A DNA stretch of 63,462 nucleotides, the filler included, from Polymyxa betae A26-41 (taxonomy: Eukaryota > Protista > Endomyxa: Phytomyxea), in assembly GCA_003693705.1 (NCBI GenBank). It is 6 parts of 6 records of this genome, joined end to end, with 100 filler letters (N's around TTAATTAATTAA, not from the genome) between each part and the next. Parts side by side here need not be neighbours in the genome. Positions count along the whole stretch, not along the records: positions 23,631 to 48,771 come from RBZT01000785.1; 5 more parts are not named here. One strand, 5' to 3'. The position numbers and the translations under genes are program-made. Shown one piece after another: positions 25,497 to 38,513 of the stretch. A model generated the notes under the pieces. It did no database searches, was not told the DNA's origin, and saw only the letters and a program-made list of their open reading frames with translations. How positions within the stretch are numbered: the stretch's first letter is position 1; the number at the start of each line of letters is the position of its first letter.

Positions 25497-26820
25497 GTGA
25501 AGAATCCAGCGAGGAATTTATTAATCGACACAAACGCCGAAGAGCTTCCTATTGACGATTATCCCAAAAACGAGAGAATAGAACCAGTTATTGGGTCAGT
25601 CGTTGAATCTTCTGTACCTACCTCGCAGGATGTACGGGTAGGCCAAGGAAAGGATTCTCTGGAGAAAAACTCTCAAATGATTTTCGTAGCCATCAGCAGG
25701 GCATGCAGGCGAAAACCAAACGTCTCTCAAACCGACGAAAGTGACGACGAAAACAATCCAAAAACTGTTAGTATAACCCCACGAACAGAAGCAGAATACA
25801 CCCCCAGCCTGGGCGAAACGGTTTGAAGTTTCCTCAAAAAGAATGGAATCTCCTGTAGTTACTCCTAAGCCCAACAAGAAGGCTCGCAAAATCTTTGCGA
25901 GCCGTTTTCGCTGATCCGCACAATTTTCCCAACTGGAGTTCGATGCGAAAAAGATCAACCGCGATCTGGCTTTACAGAAACAAGCAGACATAAAGCAAGG
26001 TAAAATCTATATTGAGAAGGCTCGGTTGAAGCTGGAAGAGCAACGTATTGCTCACAGCCCGCTGCTCGCAACAAAAGTGGCAAAAGCCAACCTTGTTGCT
26101 AGTTTAATGGCGGCGAGTGCAGCAATGGAGCAAATCAAGCAAGCCTTACATCGTGCCTTCGACAACTATAATGTATTAACATTAATAAAAGAAATACAAT
26201 ACCTTTGGTTGTACCAGGCGCCGAAGTTCTGATCCGTCTACAGCTGTACCAGTTTGACAGTGGCTGGCAGATTCGTAGTCAGTTTCGGGAAGATAATGGA
26301 TATTGTCTACTGCAAGACGTCAATTCACGATATTGTGTAGCACGCAGCAAGCCGATATCCCATCACATGCAGACTGGACGTCCCTCTCAGATTTAACGCA
26401 GATGGGCAAAGCCATTAGTGAATGCAACTGGAGCTTCAAAATACCGACGCCAGGTTCGAAAACGACCCCTGCAACTGAAAGCTTTTCATTTAGCTCCTGA
26501 TTCTTTGGCAAAGATGCAGCCGGATGCCGATATGGCACTATCATCCAGCTTGTTAGCTTGAACCATGAGTCGCCCAGCTGATACTGCCCAGGTGAGAAGA
26601 ATTTTGATGGCTGCTTGCCAATCAGTCCATTGTTCCAGTTTGTACTATCATGAACTGATCCATCCCAGTCGGTTGGAATCGAAAGTCAGCGAAACATTCA
26701 TAGAAAATGATTGTTTTCTGTTGAAAAACACTTCACCATCAAGCCTCTCATTTGACAAAGCACAACCTGTGTACCATCAGTTGATAAGACGTAGCCTTCG
26801 AAGCCACATTCTTGGTGGTT
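25497..26820. mobile_element. Decayed Harbinger element: transposase (-, about 26320..26820) convergent with partner ORF remnant (+, about 25497..26170)
   Basis: The minus strand reads STDGTQV, FFNRKQSFSMNV, a GSxHDS-like motif (SVHDS), QLGDSW, VPY and ISACCVLHN. The plus-strand partner is low-complexity or coiled-coil. Confidence 0.75.
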
Positions 26821-26959
26821 TAGCTTAACAGTACACGCTCTGATTCATCTGGCCACAAGATGAATTTTGGGGCTTAATCAGTCAGCGCTTTAATTAATCG
26901 CTTTGTGTAGAGACAGACAGTGCCGTATCCCACTCCTTTGACTCTTCCAACCATACCGA

Positions 26960-28260
26960 TTCTTGCCCCCGTGCCTGAATGTCCTCAACGATGCAGATCG
27001 CAGGCAAGTTGAACCCATGCGTCGCGTTGGGGGCTCTGCGAGTTGATCTGTCAATGTTCAAGGTCAACAAGGCTTTTGATGATTGCTTTACAGCTAGTGA
27101 CGATCTTTACTCTCTATATCACTCAAGATATATCTGAAACTCTGACCTCTTGAATAAACTCTTTAGCAGTTCGAAAAGGGAGATTATTTAATCCTTTGGA
27201 ATCTTTAATACTTTTGCTCTAAGATTGATATAGCGACTTTGTCGACCAAACGATATAGTGGACAAAAGAATGCAGGCACTCCTCTTGGCTCGAGATCGCC
27301 ATCTGAACGGCCATTGCTATATAAGCGGCATCAAGATCTCTCAGCAAATGCTTTTTTCTGAGAATTGCACATAAGTAAAATTTTGATGTTTGTACCCCTG
27401 ACTTATCTGTTTGCCGAAAATTGCGTCTTAGGGTAACTCGTAGCTCCATGGGAAACTGAATTTCCGATAGGAAACTCAATCCGGGAAAATAAACATCCTG
27501 CCAAGTAAGATCCTGCCAGAAAAATCTTCTCGGATAACTAAGATCCTCTGATAATGCAAAGAGCTCTTTAAATTAGAAATTATATATAAATAAGCAAAAT
27601 TCGAAACCTCATTAGGTCTTGTTCCATGGCATGCAGTTCCAAGAGGTCGAGGAATACGAAGTCCTTTCCTCGTTGGAAGGCAATGAAAACACAATGATCA
27701 TACAGCTTTGATGTCTTGCTTCATACCCTCTCAAAATACCCAACTTTCTAGCAAAGCAAGTGCATTTTGTAAAGAGAGATGACCACAATGATAGCCAGCA
27801 TGTGAAATCTTAGGTTATTACTTTACACCTGCGCCCTACTTCAAATCACCCAATTATCACTCTGCCCTCCACATCACAACTTTGCATCATGAAGGAGATA
27901 TTGAACGCCATCCTTAAATATTCTGGCAACGATACAGAAGACCTCTCATTATTGCAAGACAAAGTCCTAATGTACTTGTCAACCAAGGCTTTATAAACCT
28001 ACGTCTAGTCCAAGGTTGTTGAAAAGAGCCCCGATGGAGCAAAAAATGGTCGCAAGACTAAGGCAATATATGCAGGTGTCTTGCAGACAGTATCGTCAGC
28101 TCTGTAATTAAGATGGAGAAAGCATTCGATGCTCATGTCGAGGCCTTACACTTCGTTCTTGCATTATTGCACATGCAGGCTCACGAAGTGGCCATTTGGC
28201 CTACAAGTCAGCATTGCCACTTTCAAATGAATGGGTCTTTTGGGTAGAAATGACAGAAGA
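26960..28260 (-). mobile_element. Ty3/gypsy LTR-retrotransposon pol remnant (integrase region)
   Basis: HAGYHCGH and CFHCL (H2C2 zinc finger), IPRPLG, RPNEV, LVIREDFSG (integrase core start) and NGIVE. Many stops. Confidence 0.65.
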
Positions 28261-28650
28261 CTTCAAACTTATTCGCTTTTTCTGTCTGCATTGATTGCCG
28301 TCTCAATTCTGCATTGATTGCCGATTCGAAGGGACATCGAATCCCGCGCCCGCACGGAGACGCATACCATGTTATTTGACCAAATCAAGTTTTACATTTT
28401 GATGTTTTACATATTTGTCCTACAAAGTCCATTAATTACCAGTGGCTACTTGTAATCAGAAACGATTTTTCAGGCTTGGTCTTACTTAAGATTGTATCTC
28501 TAAGAGCATCTCCACCGGTACGCGGTTAATTCGACGATATATTTCCGGTTTTACGTCTTGAATTGAGGCTACGGCAAATAGTGGCACGTTTTATAAAATT
28601 TCCGCACCGCTCCACAACGGTAACCTTGACGTTATATTTCCCTTGCCGCC

Positions 28651-30087
28651 ATGGATCGCTGGAGACAGCAGCTGTTATTGGATATTGAGCCGTGGAATGA
28701 TTCGGATTCAGATGATGATATCCAGCAGTGCTTTCTACAGCTGACCGAGACGATGCCCAAATCATGTGGCGGGTCTATCGCTGGTCGTAGTGCGAATTTG
28801 GATCGAGAAAGGCAATCTGGGCATGATCTAATACAGAAAGACTAGTTCATCGATCGTCCAGTTTTCACCGACAAAATGTTTCGTCGGCAGTTCCGCATGA
28901 GGTTTCGTTTATTTGAACGCTTTGCTGAGTATACAATTTACATTCAATGTCTATAAAGGCGAAATCTGTTCGAAAAAGTAATAGCTGGAGAAAGTTACTC
29001 CAGCCATCCGTACCTCCGAGCAACTGAGGTCGATCAAAACTTAACCCAAAAGGTCGACGCTTTAGGAGTTCCCGGATTTTCGACCATTAAGAAATGAGTC
29101 GCAGCACATCGTATGCTCTGCTATCGCTTGCCGGCAGATGCAGTAGAAGAGTACGTTCGTATTGGCGAATCGACGGCCCTGGAATGCTTCAAGGTTCGAG
29201 TAGAGGAATTTGTGAACTGTCTGCCGCGACTTACTTCATAATTAACGATTTTATACTGCTATAATTACCAAATTCGGCAGGGAATATCTTAGAGAACCAA
29301 CGGAAACCGATGTTGAACGAAGCCTTAGGGAAGATGACAGCCGTGGATTTCCTGGAATGTTCGGTTCCCTGGATTGTACCCATTTAATCTGGGACAGATG
29401 CCCTGTATCTGAGCATGGTCAATATCTTGAACGAGATGGAAACAAATCTATCGTGATGGAGGCTGTTGCAGGTCATGATCTATGGATCTGGAATGCATAT
29501 ATTGGCATGCCTGGTTCCAACAACGATATCAACATTGTTAACCGCTCTCCTTTGATGGGAAAGCTTCTGAGAGGGGTCGCACCACACGTCCAGCACAAGG
29601 TGAATGGGAATCAGTATTCCATGTCCTATCTATTAGTCGACGGGATTTACCCGAGTTGGCCGGTATTTCTGAAGACCATTACGCAGCAACAGGGCCTCAA
29701 AAGGCAATAATATGCTCAACAGCAAGAGTCCGCTCGAAAGGATGTGGAACGAGCCTTTGGAGTCTTGTGGAGAGGTTCGCAATGTTGAAGTACCCGTGTC
29801 GTTTGTGGAATATGTCCACAATAGTTTCCTTTTGGACTGCTTGTGTGATCCTCCACAATATGATCATTGAGGACAAGCGTCATCGAGATCTGGAGGATCT
29901 GTTCGAAAAACAACAATTCGCTCGATCTGATATACAAGAACGACGCCGGGACCCTTTCACCTTCGAGCGGTTGGTAGAAACAGCAGCCTTGGCTACCAAC
30001 AGTGCTGAATACTTTCGCCTACGAGACGACGTGATAGACGAATTGTGGCGTAGAAAGGGTGACCACTTGATTATATTCAACCTTTGA
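28651..30087 (+). pseudogene. Harbinger (Plant_tran-type) transposase
   Basis: GMFGSLDCTHLIWDRCP, DLWIW, GSNNDIN, YLLVDGIYP, RKDVERAFG and ACVILHNMIIED. Contains stops and frameshifts. Confidence 0.92.
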
Positions 30088-30089
30088 TA

Positions 30090-30898
30090 AACAACTTCTG
30101 ACGGTCATTCTGCATCCTGTGGTGGAGGGGTCTGCTTCTGCATAGTCTGCAGTACCTACCCCAGCACGAGAAAGCTTGAAGAACAGCTGTGCTTTTTGGT
30201 CCATCTCATTGATGTTTGCGGAAAACTAAACCATTCTTGCTTGCAAAAGCTTCGCCTGAGCTTTGATACCTTGGTCGCCTGAGCTTTGATACCTTGGGCG
30301 TCAGCCAAGCCTTTCGCTGCTCGGGCGTTGGTCACAACGTTCTGCTTTTGTTCTTTCGCTGCTTTCGAGCCCTGCTGCGTACCGGGTCCTGGTTCGAGAT
30401 CCTCCACTTCAACGATCTCATCGTTTTCGTTGAGCTTCAAACGCTTGACCGCTTTACCGGGCAGGTCTTGTTTGGGCTCGCAGGTCTTGCCACTTTGGAT
30501 ATTCCCGAAAAATATACCAAACATGGATATATGCAAACTCAGACGTTTTCTGTTGAGAATTCGTTGATTTGTTTAAATCCAATGCTTTTTTAATCAGTCT
30601 TCCTCGTTCGCTCCACTAGGATTCAAATCTTCACAGCGTCATACGCACTTACCAACTTCGAGACGTCATGCTGGATATGGCTCCATTTAGCGGCGAGTGA
30701 TCTAGCAGAGCGGCGGGAAGCAGAGTTACCTTCAAGGTGCTGGTGCTCATGAAAGTTGGCCTCCACACGCTCACAGAACGTCTGAGACTTCTGCACCACC
30801 CCAGTCGTTGCATTTTGAGAGACATTCAGCCAAGACCGGGCAAGCTGACAATCTTCAGCCGTTGAGAAATTCGTCCCTGGCTTGTGCTTGGCAGACAT
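30090..30898 (-). pseudogene. Harbinger partner protein (Myb/SANT-like plus NAM-associated-like motif)
   Basis: FSTAEDCQLARSWLNVSQNATTGVVQKSQTF...RSARSLAAKWSHI and GSKAAK. Confidence 0.8.
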
Positions 30899-31110
30899 CT
30901 TGCAGAACTGAAGATCTAACGCAGCGACGAAAACCCGCACCAGTTTGCCGTCGGGAACTCGCAGTTTACAGATCGTGTTAAAATATTTCCCGTTTTCCGT
31001 CTTGCGATGGACCACCAATACGGGAACGCTTACTGAAAAATACAGATGCAACGGCGTTTTAAGTGCGCTGTGGGGTTGCTCTAAATATTCAAATTACAGT
31101 TAAGACATCA

Positions 31111-33682
31111 GCGAGCTTTCGAAGCGTTTCTGAGTTTGAGTTACAGCTCGGTATGCTGTCACCGAAAACTCAAACGGAAAACGCTGTTTCGGAGACGCTC
31201 AGTTTTTGAGTTTGGGTTTGCAACTGACTGCCAATCCTCTTCAGACTAATACCAAATCTCGAAGTATCCCTTTAAGGATCGATACACTCATCACGTTCAA
31301 AACAATTTAATACATCATCTCGAATTATCCCAGTAGAGATCGTTTCCACATTAGAGATCGTTGACTCTAAACTTTCCAAAATGGCAAGATTCAAACCCGT
31401 TAGCGACCGCTAAGCCTTAGCCGCCAGGTTCACGTTTTACGAGACACGAAATTCAACTTCAAACGGTTTATCAAAATAATGGTGTTGCTTATGCAATCAC
31501 GGGCTTTGCGGCTTCGTATCCGCCAGCCAAGCAAAATTATCCGATCGAACTATTTCGACATAACGCTTCATCCGATACCAATCGACAAATTATCGTTTTA
31601 CAATTTACCAGCTGCAATCACTGCGCGCTCAATTAGGAATCCCCGAATCTGTTATTACAGCCGAAGGCGATGTCGTATGTGGAGTCGAAGCGTTAACGTT
31701 AGTGTGCCGACGAATATCTGATCCTTGCCAGCTCTTTACTATCGCTAGCGAATTTGGTCGCTCTGTTGCGGCTACTTCTCGTATTATCAAGGCCACTATA
31801 GATATCCTATACAACCCGCATCAGACAATATTTTTTTAATCACCATCTGGTCGGTAAATCCATCACCTCATTCTGCGATGCAATTCATGCTGCGGGTGCC
31901 CCTCTGCGTACATGCTGGGCATTCGTTGACGGAGCGAAGCAATATATTAATCGACAAAGTGCACGAAAAAATCCTGACAGTCAATACGAAAACCTGCAGC
32001 GCTCAGTATATAATGGACATCCGCGCCGCCATTGCCTCAACTGGATAGGAGTTACTACTCCAGATGGAAATATCGTTAGCATATACGGTCCTGTAGAAGG
32101 CCGATGGCATGATTCGACAATGCTTCTAGAGAGTCGTCAATTTCCATCTTTTCAATTCCATCGAGAAAAGATATCCGATTTAAAACGCATTTATGGAGAT
32201 CCTGCTTATGGCTGCTGAGACATCGTCCGTTGCCCCTTTTCCATGCCAGAACCAGGTTCCAACGAAGCTCTTTTATATGCAGATAGGAGCTCTGTAAGAG
32301 AGACAGTTGACTGGAGTTTTTGGAGTTTTATGAACCTTTGGGTGTTCTTGCAATTGGACAACAAACAGAAGATTCGGCAAGCAGCGATCGGGAAGATGTG
32401 GCAAGTCGCTGTTTTGCTAACTGCCACACGTGTTTGCAACCAGAGGGTAGTCTATTAAAAATGTATTTCAAAATTACCTCTGGCTAGTCTGGAAGAGTAT
32501 TTAGAGCACCCTGTTTGCACTGCCTGCAATCATTCCAATAAGCTGAATACAGATTGATTTATATTCGCCCCGAATTAAACAGCCAATGCGCGTTCGATCA
32601 CATTTATTTTATTATTTACTTAAGTCGCTCTGCGAGCTTCACCATCAATTCGTTTCGACGACGATCGCACTCATTTCTACGATAATCGCGGAGACATCAG
32701 TTTTAGTTTCTTTGAAGCATGATCATCCAGTCTCTCAGCGATATCCTTTAATGAAAGAACACATCGCCTGCATGGGCGATTCACGAATTTAACGCTTGCA
32801 ACCACGTTTTTGTTCGATTTGGCCTAGAACAAATCGAGAATTTCGTCTTCGCTACTCAGGTCGGAGTTGTTGTATTTTCCAAAGGCACACCGCCGGAGTA
32901 AGGCGCCTGACGATTCAATCGCCTTTGCCTTCATCCTCTCTTTGTTGCGAGCAGCAACGACAGTCTCGCTGTAATCAGTATTTCTACTGCCAATGTTTTC
33001 AGACAGGGGTTTTCGCTCGTTCTATTCCTAAAGTGGCCAAATTTTCTGAGCGCTTCCTGATTGTTATCTCGGAATAAACTGTGGATTCGTTCAAACCTTG
33101 TTTTACATCCGGGATCGTAGTTTTCGACCCCGGAACCGGGAATATTGAGTACACGGTCAACAATCGCGTCCCACACTTTCATTAACAGGCCTTCTCGAGC
33201 CTCCCTGGGAGCGAGGTGGTTGACTGCTTTTAGCATAATGATATCGTCGAAGCAGTTGAGCTGAGTTCTACTAGCTCTGCCGCCTTGAGCAATCGGTGTA
33301 ACCTTGGAATCGTTGCATTGCTTTGGGGAGGGAAAGAAATCTGGAGGCATTGACGCAATCGTTGTGTTCGCCTGAGGGCCAGCAAAGTCCCGAGTATCCA
33401 ATTCCGAATTTCAAGGCTCCATTCCGAACTCAGTGTTTGTATAAATAGAAAATCTGGATGAAGGAAACAATTTGAAGGTTGGGGGTATCCTGACAGGCTG
33501 AGCCAGAAGATGGCCAGCTGACACGACGCTGTGACGAGCGAATCTCAACTATTTCAATTTGTTGAGCACAGGGCTGCTCAAACTCAGCAACGTTTGAATG
33601 TGATTTTGAGCTGCCTTCATGGCCAACTTTGTGAGGTGCATCTGAAAGTCAAACTCGAACTCAAAAACGCTTCGAAAACTCC
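31111..33682. mobile_element. Decayed Harbinger/ISL2EU-type element with TIRs
   Basis: Inverted ends gagctttcgaagcgtttctgagtttgag / ctcgaactcaaaaacgcttcgaaaactcc, flanked by TCA and TTA. The (+) transposase reads WAFVDG, YNGH, TPDG, GRWHDS, IYGDPAYG and RETVDWSF. The (-) Myb-like partner lies at 32931..33401. Confidence 0.85.
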
Positions 33683-35399
33683 TTATTACGAAGCCTCTTT
33701 GGTAGGCCTGATATATTTGTATAAGACCTAACCGGCCATTTTATGGCAGAGACGTTGAAAGATCTTTCAAAAAGATTACGAAAAGAGCAGCATTTTGTGT
33801 CTGCTTTAACCCGACTTGAACAGGCTCAGGTCTGCCGTCTCGTCCACAAACAAGGTTTGATAATGGAATTAAGTGTAGCCTTCGACCTTAATGACGCTGT
33901 CAGTTCCTGTTTGCGATTTTATTTTCCACGATCTTGTGTCATTCGTCGAGATGGCGTGGAACGTTTGGTCTGAATGGTCTATGGCTTTATGAGACCTGCT
34001 TATATTGCTCATGAACCATGCTTTCGCGCGGCCATTCTGTCAACATCATAAAAAACTACACTGAAGAAGCCTTGGAAACCTGTTTTAGGTGACCTTTTGA
34101 AACTTGAAAACTGTGATTGAATGCAACTATCCATTTTTGCCCCGATATCAGATTCATGATCGCTGTGAAGACTGCCAAGCTCAAACGTGGACGTTCCGCG
34201 AAAATAAAGAAATGATTGAGAAAGAGCTGAGTGTGTGTCAACCGAGGAATTCACAATGACTTTCTCGGATCTACAAATAGGTTTATTTTATGCAATTAGG
34301 CGGTCGGCTGCTTGACAATCTCCTAAGTCGGGGAATTACTTCAAGAGCTGTTCGAAATGATTGATGACTACCGCAGTGCTGTTGAAATATTTATTCACCT
34401 GAATCACAGTATGAATTTTCCTCGAGAGGACGCGGGCAAGAAACCCATATTCTTTTTTCAACAGCTTAATTCACAGCTGCTTGAGTTTCTAGAAAGTCGA
34501 AGCTTTCATCGGACTCAATGAAGCTTTGAAAGGCAAACAACCATCGATCAGCAAAAAATTTATATTTCTAGAATTTTGCTCTGCAGGATCATTTGTGGCT
34601 TTCATAAAAGTAATTCATAAATGGAAGATCTTCCGATCTCGAGACCTGGAGCAGAACATGCTGTGCAAACCAGCAACCACCTGATGAAAGTCACGGTTTA
34701 TTCAACCAGTCTTTCTGGAACTAACATTGAACTGATGATACCTGCAGAGGATAACGAATGGGCCAATGGTTAATGATGTACTCTGTTGAAACCGTTAATA
34801 TCGTGCTAGGGGGGACTTGAAGGAGTGAAGGCTATTCTGCAATCGACATGCCGCGTTCTGAAGAGCTAATTGGAAATCAATAAAATCGCTTGTCGGACGG
34901 CAATCAGTAGCTTATCCAAGTAACGGGACCTTGCCAGCGTCGCCCTGCTCCACATTATCGAGTTACTCGTCGGACACGTCGCCAGATTCCTAGGTCGGTG
35001 AGCAGGCTTCGACTAAGCCAGTTCCGGCTTACGAGGTCGGCTTCGGCCCTGATGAAGTCAGCAGTGGCGGATGTAAAACATTCGCCACAGCAGCCAGCAC
35101 TAATCCTCACATTTCGTTGAAAGAAAAGCAAGGCGAACCTGGTCCCTGCAGGTGCCGGCAGACACCAGCACGACTCGGCCGAGGTCCATTGACCATCGGG
35201 GCAGCGCTGGTTCACCAGCGCTGGCCCCGGCTTCTTCGGATGTGATGGGCGCCCCCATGCTGCAAAGAGAACGTGTGGGTTCCAACATTCTGGTTGTAAC
35301 AGGATGTAACGGAAAATCTAAGACTGACTTTTGATTTTTGCGTGAAACGCAGCCTGCTAAAATAGAAAGAAGAATTTCGCACACTCTCCTACCGCAACT

Positions 35400-36128
35400 C
35401 CGGAGCGCAATTCAACAAAAAGCATCCATTTTGCAGATGCCATCTCCCAGAAGAAAAATTTGCAAAAATTGGCATGTTCTGGGCAGGCAGGCTTGCGCAG
35501 TTCCGGTGATGGCTGATGTCATATTCAGTTTTGCAAATTTGTTCATTAGCCTCCGAGACCGAATCCATTGTGAAGAACAGATTCGATCTCATGAGAAACG
35601 GTTGGAGGATTGTGAGCAGCCATTAATTGCTGTATCTCTTTTTCTTGCATCCATCATATCGAAAGCCTTTCCTTTTGCATCCGCAGACGCTATCGAAGTC
35701 TTTCGTTGCTATTCTGGAATCTATATTGTCAATTCCATGAAGTTTTCGGTCAAATCTAGTTACAGCTCCTCCAAGAACTAGTGGGCTGGCACAATTCCGA
35801 ATTTCATTTCAGCGGAATCAGTCTTTTGTAATTTTTCAACACTATTGCCATTTAGAAACATATTCGGCAAGGTTATCCTCCCTGTCGTTTAGCTCGGTTG
35901 ACACTTTTCGTATTAAGCATTGCGTTGAACAATGCAACCTGTCAACGGCTCTTTAGCGAATTAACATTTATTCATTCGGCACGACGAAACCATTTAAATC
36001 TCGAGGTCATAAAACCAAGTATCTTCCGACCAGCAGTTCGTAAAAAATACTTAAGCGAGGATATGGCTAATGCAAGTGCAAATTCAAAAGAAACCGAAGG
36101 GATTTATTGTAACAAGGATGACACGTGA
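35400..36128 (+). mobile_element. hAT transposase C-terminal remnant
   Basis: VLSIALNNATCQRLFSELTFIHSARRNHL resembles the hAT dimerisation motif. Confidence 0.6.
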
Positions 36129-38513
36129 CGGATCAGTGGTGATTCTGGGCGGCAAAAGCTTTTCGAATGGTCTGAAGAGTTGGTTGAAATCGATATCTTT
36201 TTTTCATCCAGCGATGAAATTTGCAACGAAACCGGTGCCGTACAGCCAGAGGAACAATCGTCGGGATCTGAACCCTAAAGCGAATTTGCGTCACGATCGC
36301 GATTAAGAGCTTCAACGCTATCCCGACGACGATCGCGGATATTTGTCAAGTGGCGGGTGTTCCTTCGCTTAGTTACTTTGGAGTAAAATCAATAGAAACA
36401 CGGTTATAGTTACCCGATATCTCTAACGTGGATTCTCTGCGTCGTGAAGAACGCGTACTCTGTGATAAAAAGCTTCTCCCGGCCAAGTACGTTACACATT
36501 ACCGATAATAGAGGGGCAAGGATCAAGAAAGGCAAAGACAATGAACATTCTGCGTGAGCGTCAAGAGCAGATGCAGGCCTTACAGCAACAGCACCAAGAA
36601 CAGGGTCACGGAATGGAAGTGATCGTGCGGGAAACGGTGTCAAGCGTGATCATTAAGGTCAGCGACTCGATAGCGTAGCGTTTGTTATGTCAGATGCAAC
36701 ACCGCGTTCGGTGGTAGCATCAGCCGACGTCAACGCGGAACAGCTCCAACGTGGCAGCATCCTTGAAAAAATGCCGTACTGGCTCGTAATCAAAATCAAG
36801 ACTGAGGGGCCTCGTTGCTGGTGGACCCGCCGCCTGCTGGATCCGCAAACAATTCGTGGATGCGGGCCACGGTACGCTCTTGAGTAACAGGGGCTGAATG
36901 CGACAGCGTCGATGACATCATCGTCCACAGCTTCAAAGCTGCCAATATGCGTGGCGGACCAGTTCGAGGAGAAGGGCCGCCAAACTGTCCTGGATTTTTT
37001 TGAGATGGCCGATTCCACTGCACTTGAAACCGACCGGGGGTAGGGCGGCGGCGGCGGCACCAAAATTGCTCATCACCAGGATTCTGTTGGGCACGTTGCA
37101 GAACCAAACTAGGCTTCTGCACGGGAGCTTTCCATTCGGACTTTCGAAAACCTTCTCCGTGATTTGCACGATCGAATTGCGGAGGTGACTGATGCAACTC
37201 AAATCGGGATGACGGTTAGAGGCCGCATTATCATTGCGCCAGGTCCGCAGGAGACATTGGCCGCATTGCTGCCCCGCTTAGAGGCAGATCTCAACAAGTT
37301 CCATGTGTACAGGTCGGAGCAGGCTACGCCGGTGTTGGTCTACTTCGTCTATTGCATACGGGACGATGTCAAGGATCGACATTCGATAATCTGTCCCCGG
37401 ATATTGACTACCGTGATTATAGCGGGAACGCTTGTACGCGGATTCGTCAGAATTCCGCAGAGCAGCAACAGAGTGGCCACCGTTGATTCAAGTGTCGGAC
37501 ATCCCGTTCAAACGAAAAAAGCATCAATGACTGTTACAAACCTCTCATGAAAATATCATGCAGTCGCTGCTTAGACTCCATACATCTGGTGGAGACCTGC
37601 AAGGGCCAGGTGACCACGCGTCTAGCTAAAATTCGCAGTGCGCCGAGAAGCGGTGGGCTGCGCCCCTCATAAAAAAGTGCGCTCTCTCTTTCCTATTGGC
37701 TTCTGGTCCTTTCTCGCAAAAACTTGTATTTCTGCGTCCGCTCAGTAAGTTAAATATTTAAATACGTATATTCAATACGCTAATCAATTTCAGAGAAGTC
37801 GATTGTAGAGGATTTCGAATTTATTACATGGTTGAATGTCTCATTCGTCGATTTCAACTTCCTAGATTGTCTTCTTCATTGTCTAACGGAGAACAATCGA
37901 GTCATGCAAAACTCCGTCCGTAGTAGATTTTTGATCCTATACAACATGATTATCCAACTCGGACGCGACATTGCGAATCAGGAAAAATAGTTTTCCAAGA
38001 GAAAAGGAACTGTTCAATTTGGTCAATTCTCATTCTTAAAACGGACTTGAATCATTTGACATTGCCGATACATCCAGCTCGGCAAATTTAGAGATTAAGC
38101 ATTTTGGTTCCTGAAAATTCTCCAATTTACTGAACATTTAAGCAAATTATTAGTATCTATAATGAGCCTATAATCCAGTAATCCTCCTCAATTCATACAC
38201 GTGGCTAGCGCGCGGAACATTGTGGAGCAAGCGGCAGACATGTGTTGTTATTGAAGGCCGGCGCCCACCGTTATAGAAGTTGCGTACCACGGTGATACGC
38301 GGCCTTCAGATTAATCGCCCAGATGTGGTCAGACTGTTCCAACAATAGTTGCGTCCATGGAATTACGCGGCCTCCTAACTGGAAGCGCGACATCGATTTA
38401 GTATACATTAACAAGAGCCCTAAAAAAAAACAATCTTATCTCCGGACTTCCGGTATCCACAGCGGTCGGCCAAGACGGCCATTGTCTCTCCGACCGCGAC
38501 TAAACCGAACGAC

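Larger units (their letters stand above)
28504..31081. mobile_element. Full-length but inactivated PIF/Harbinger element
   Basis: TIRs GAGCATCTCCAC / (rc) GAGCAACCCCAC with TAA on both sides (TSD). It holds a convergent transposase and a Myb/SANT-like partner. Confidence 0.93.

Noticed and set aside
38323-38513. N-terminus of ORF 38323..39054 (and ORF 43823..44074) as real protein
   Set aside because: It is translated terminal repeat A, fused to RT by an internal deletion.
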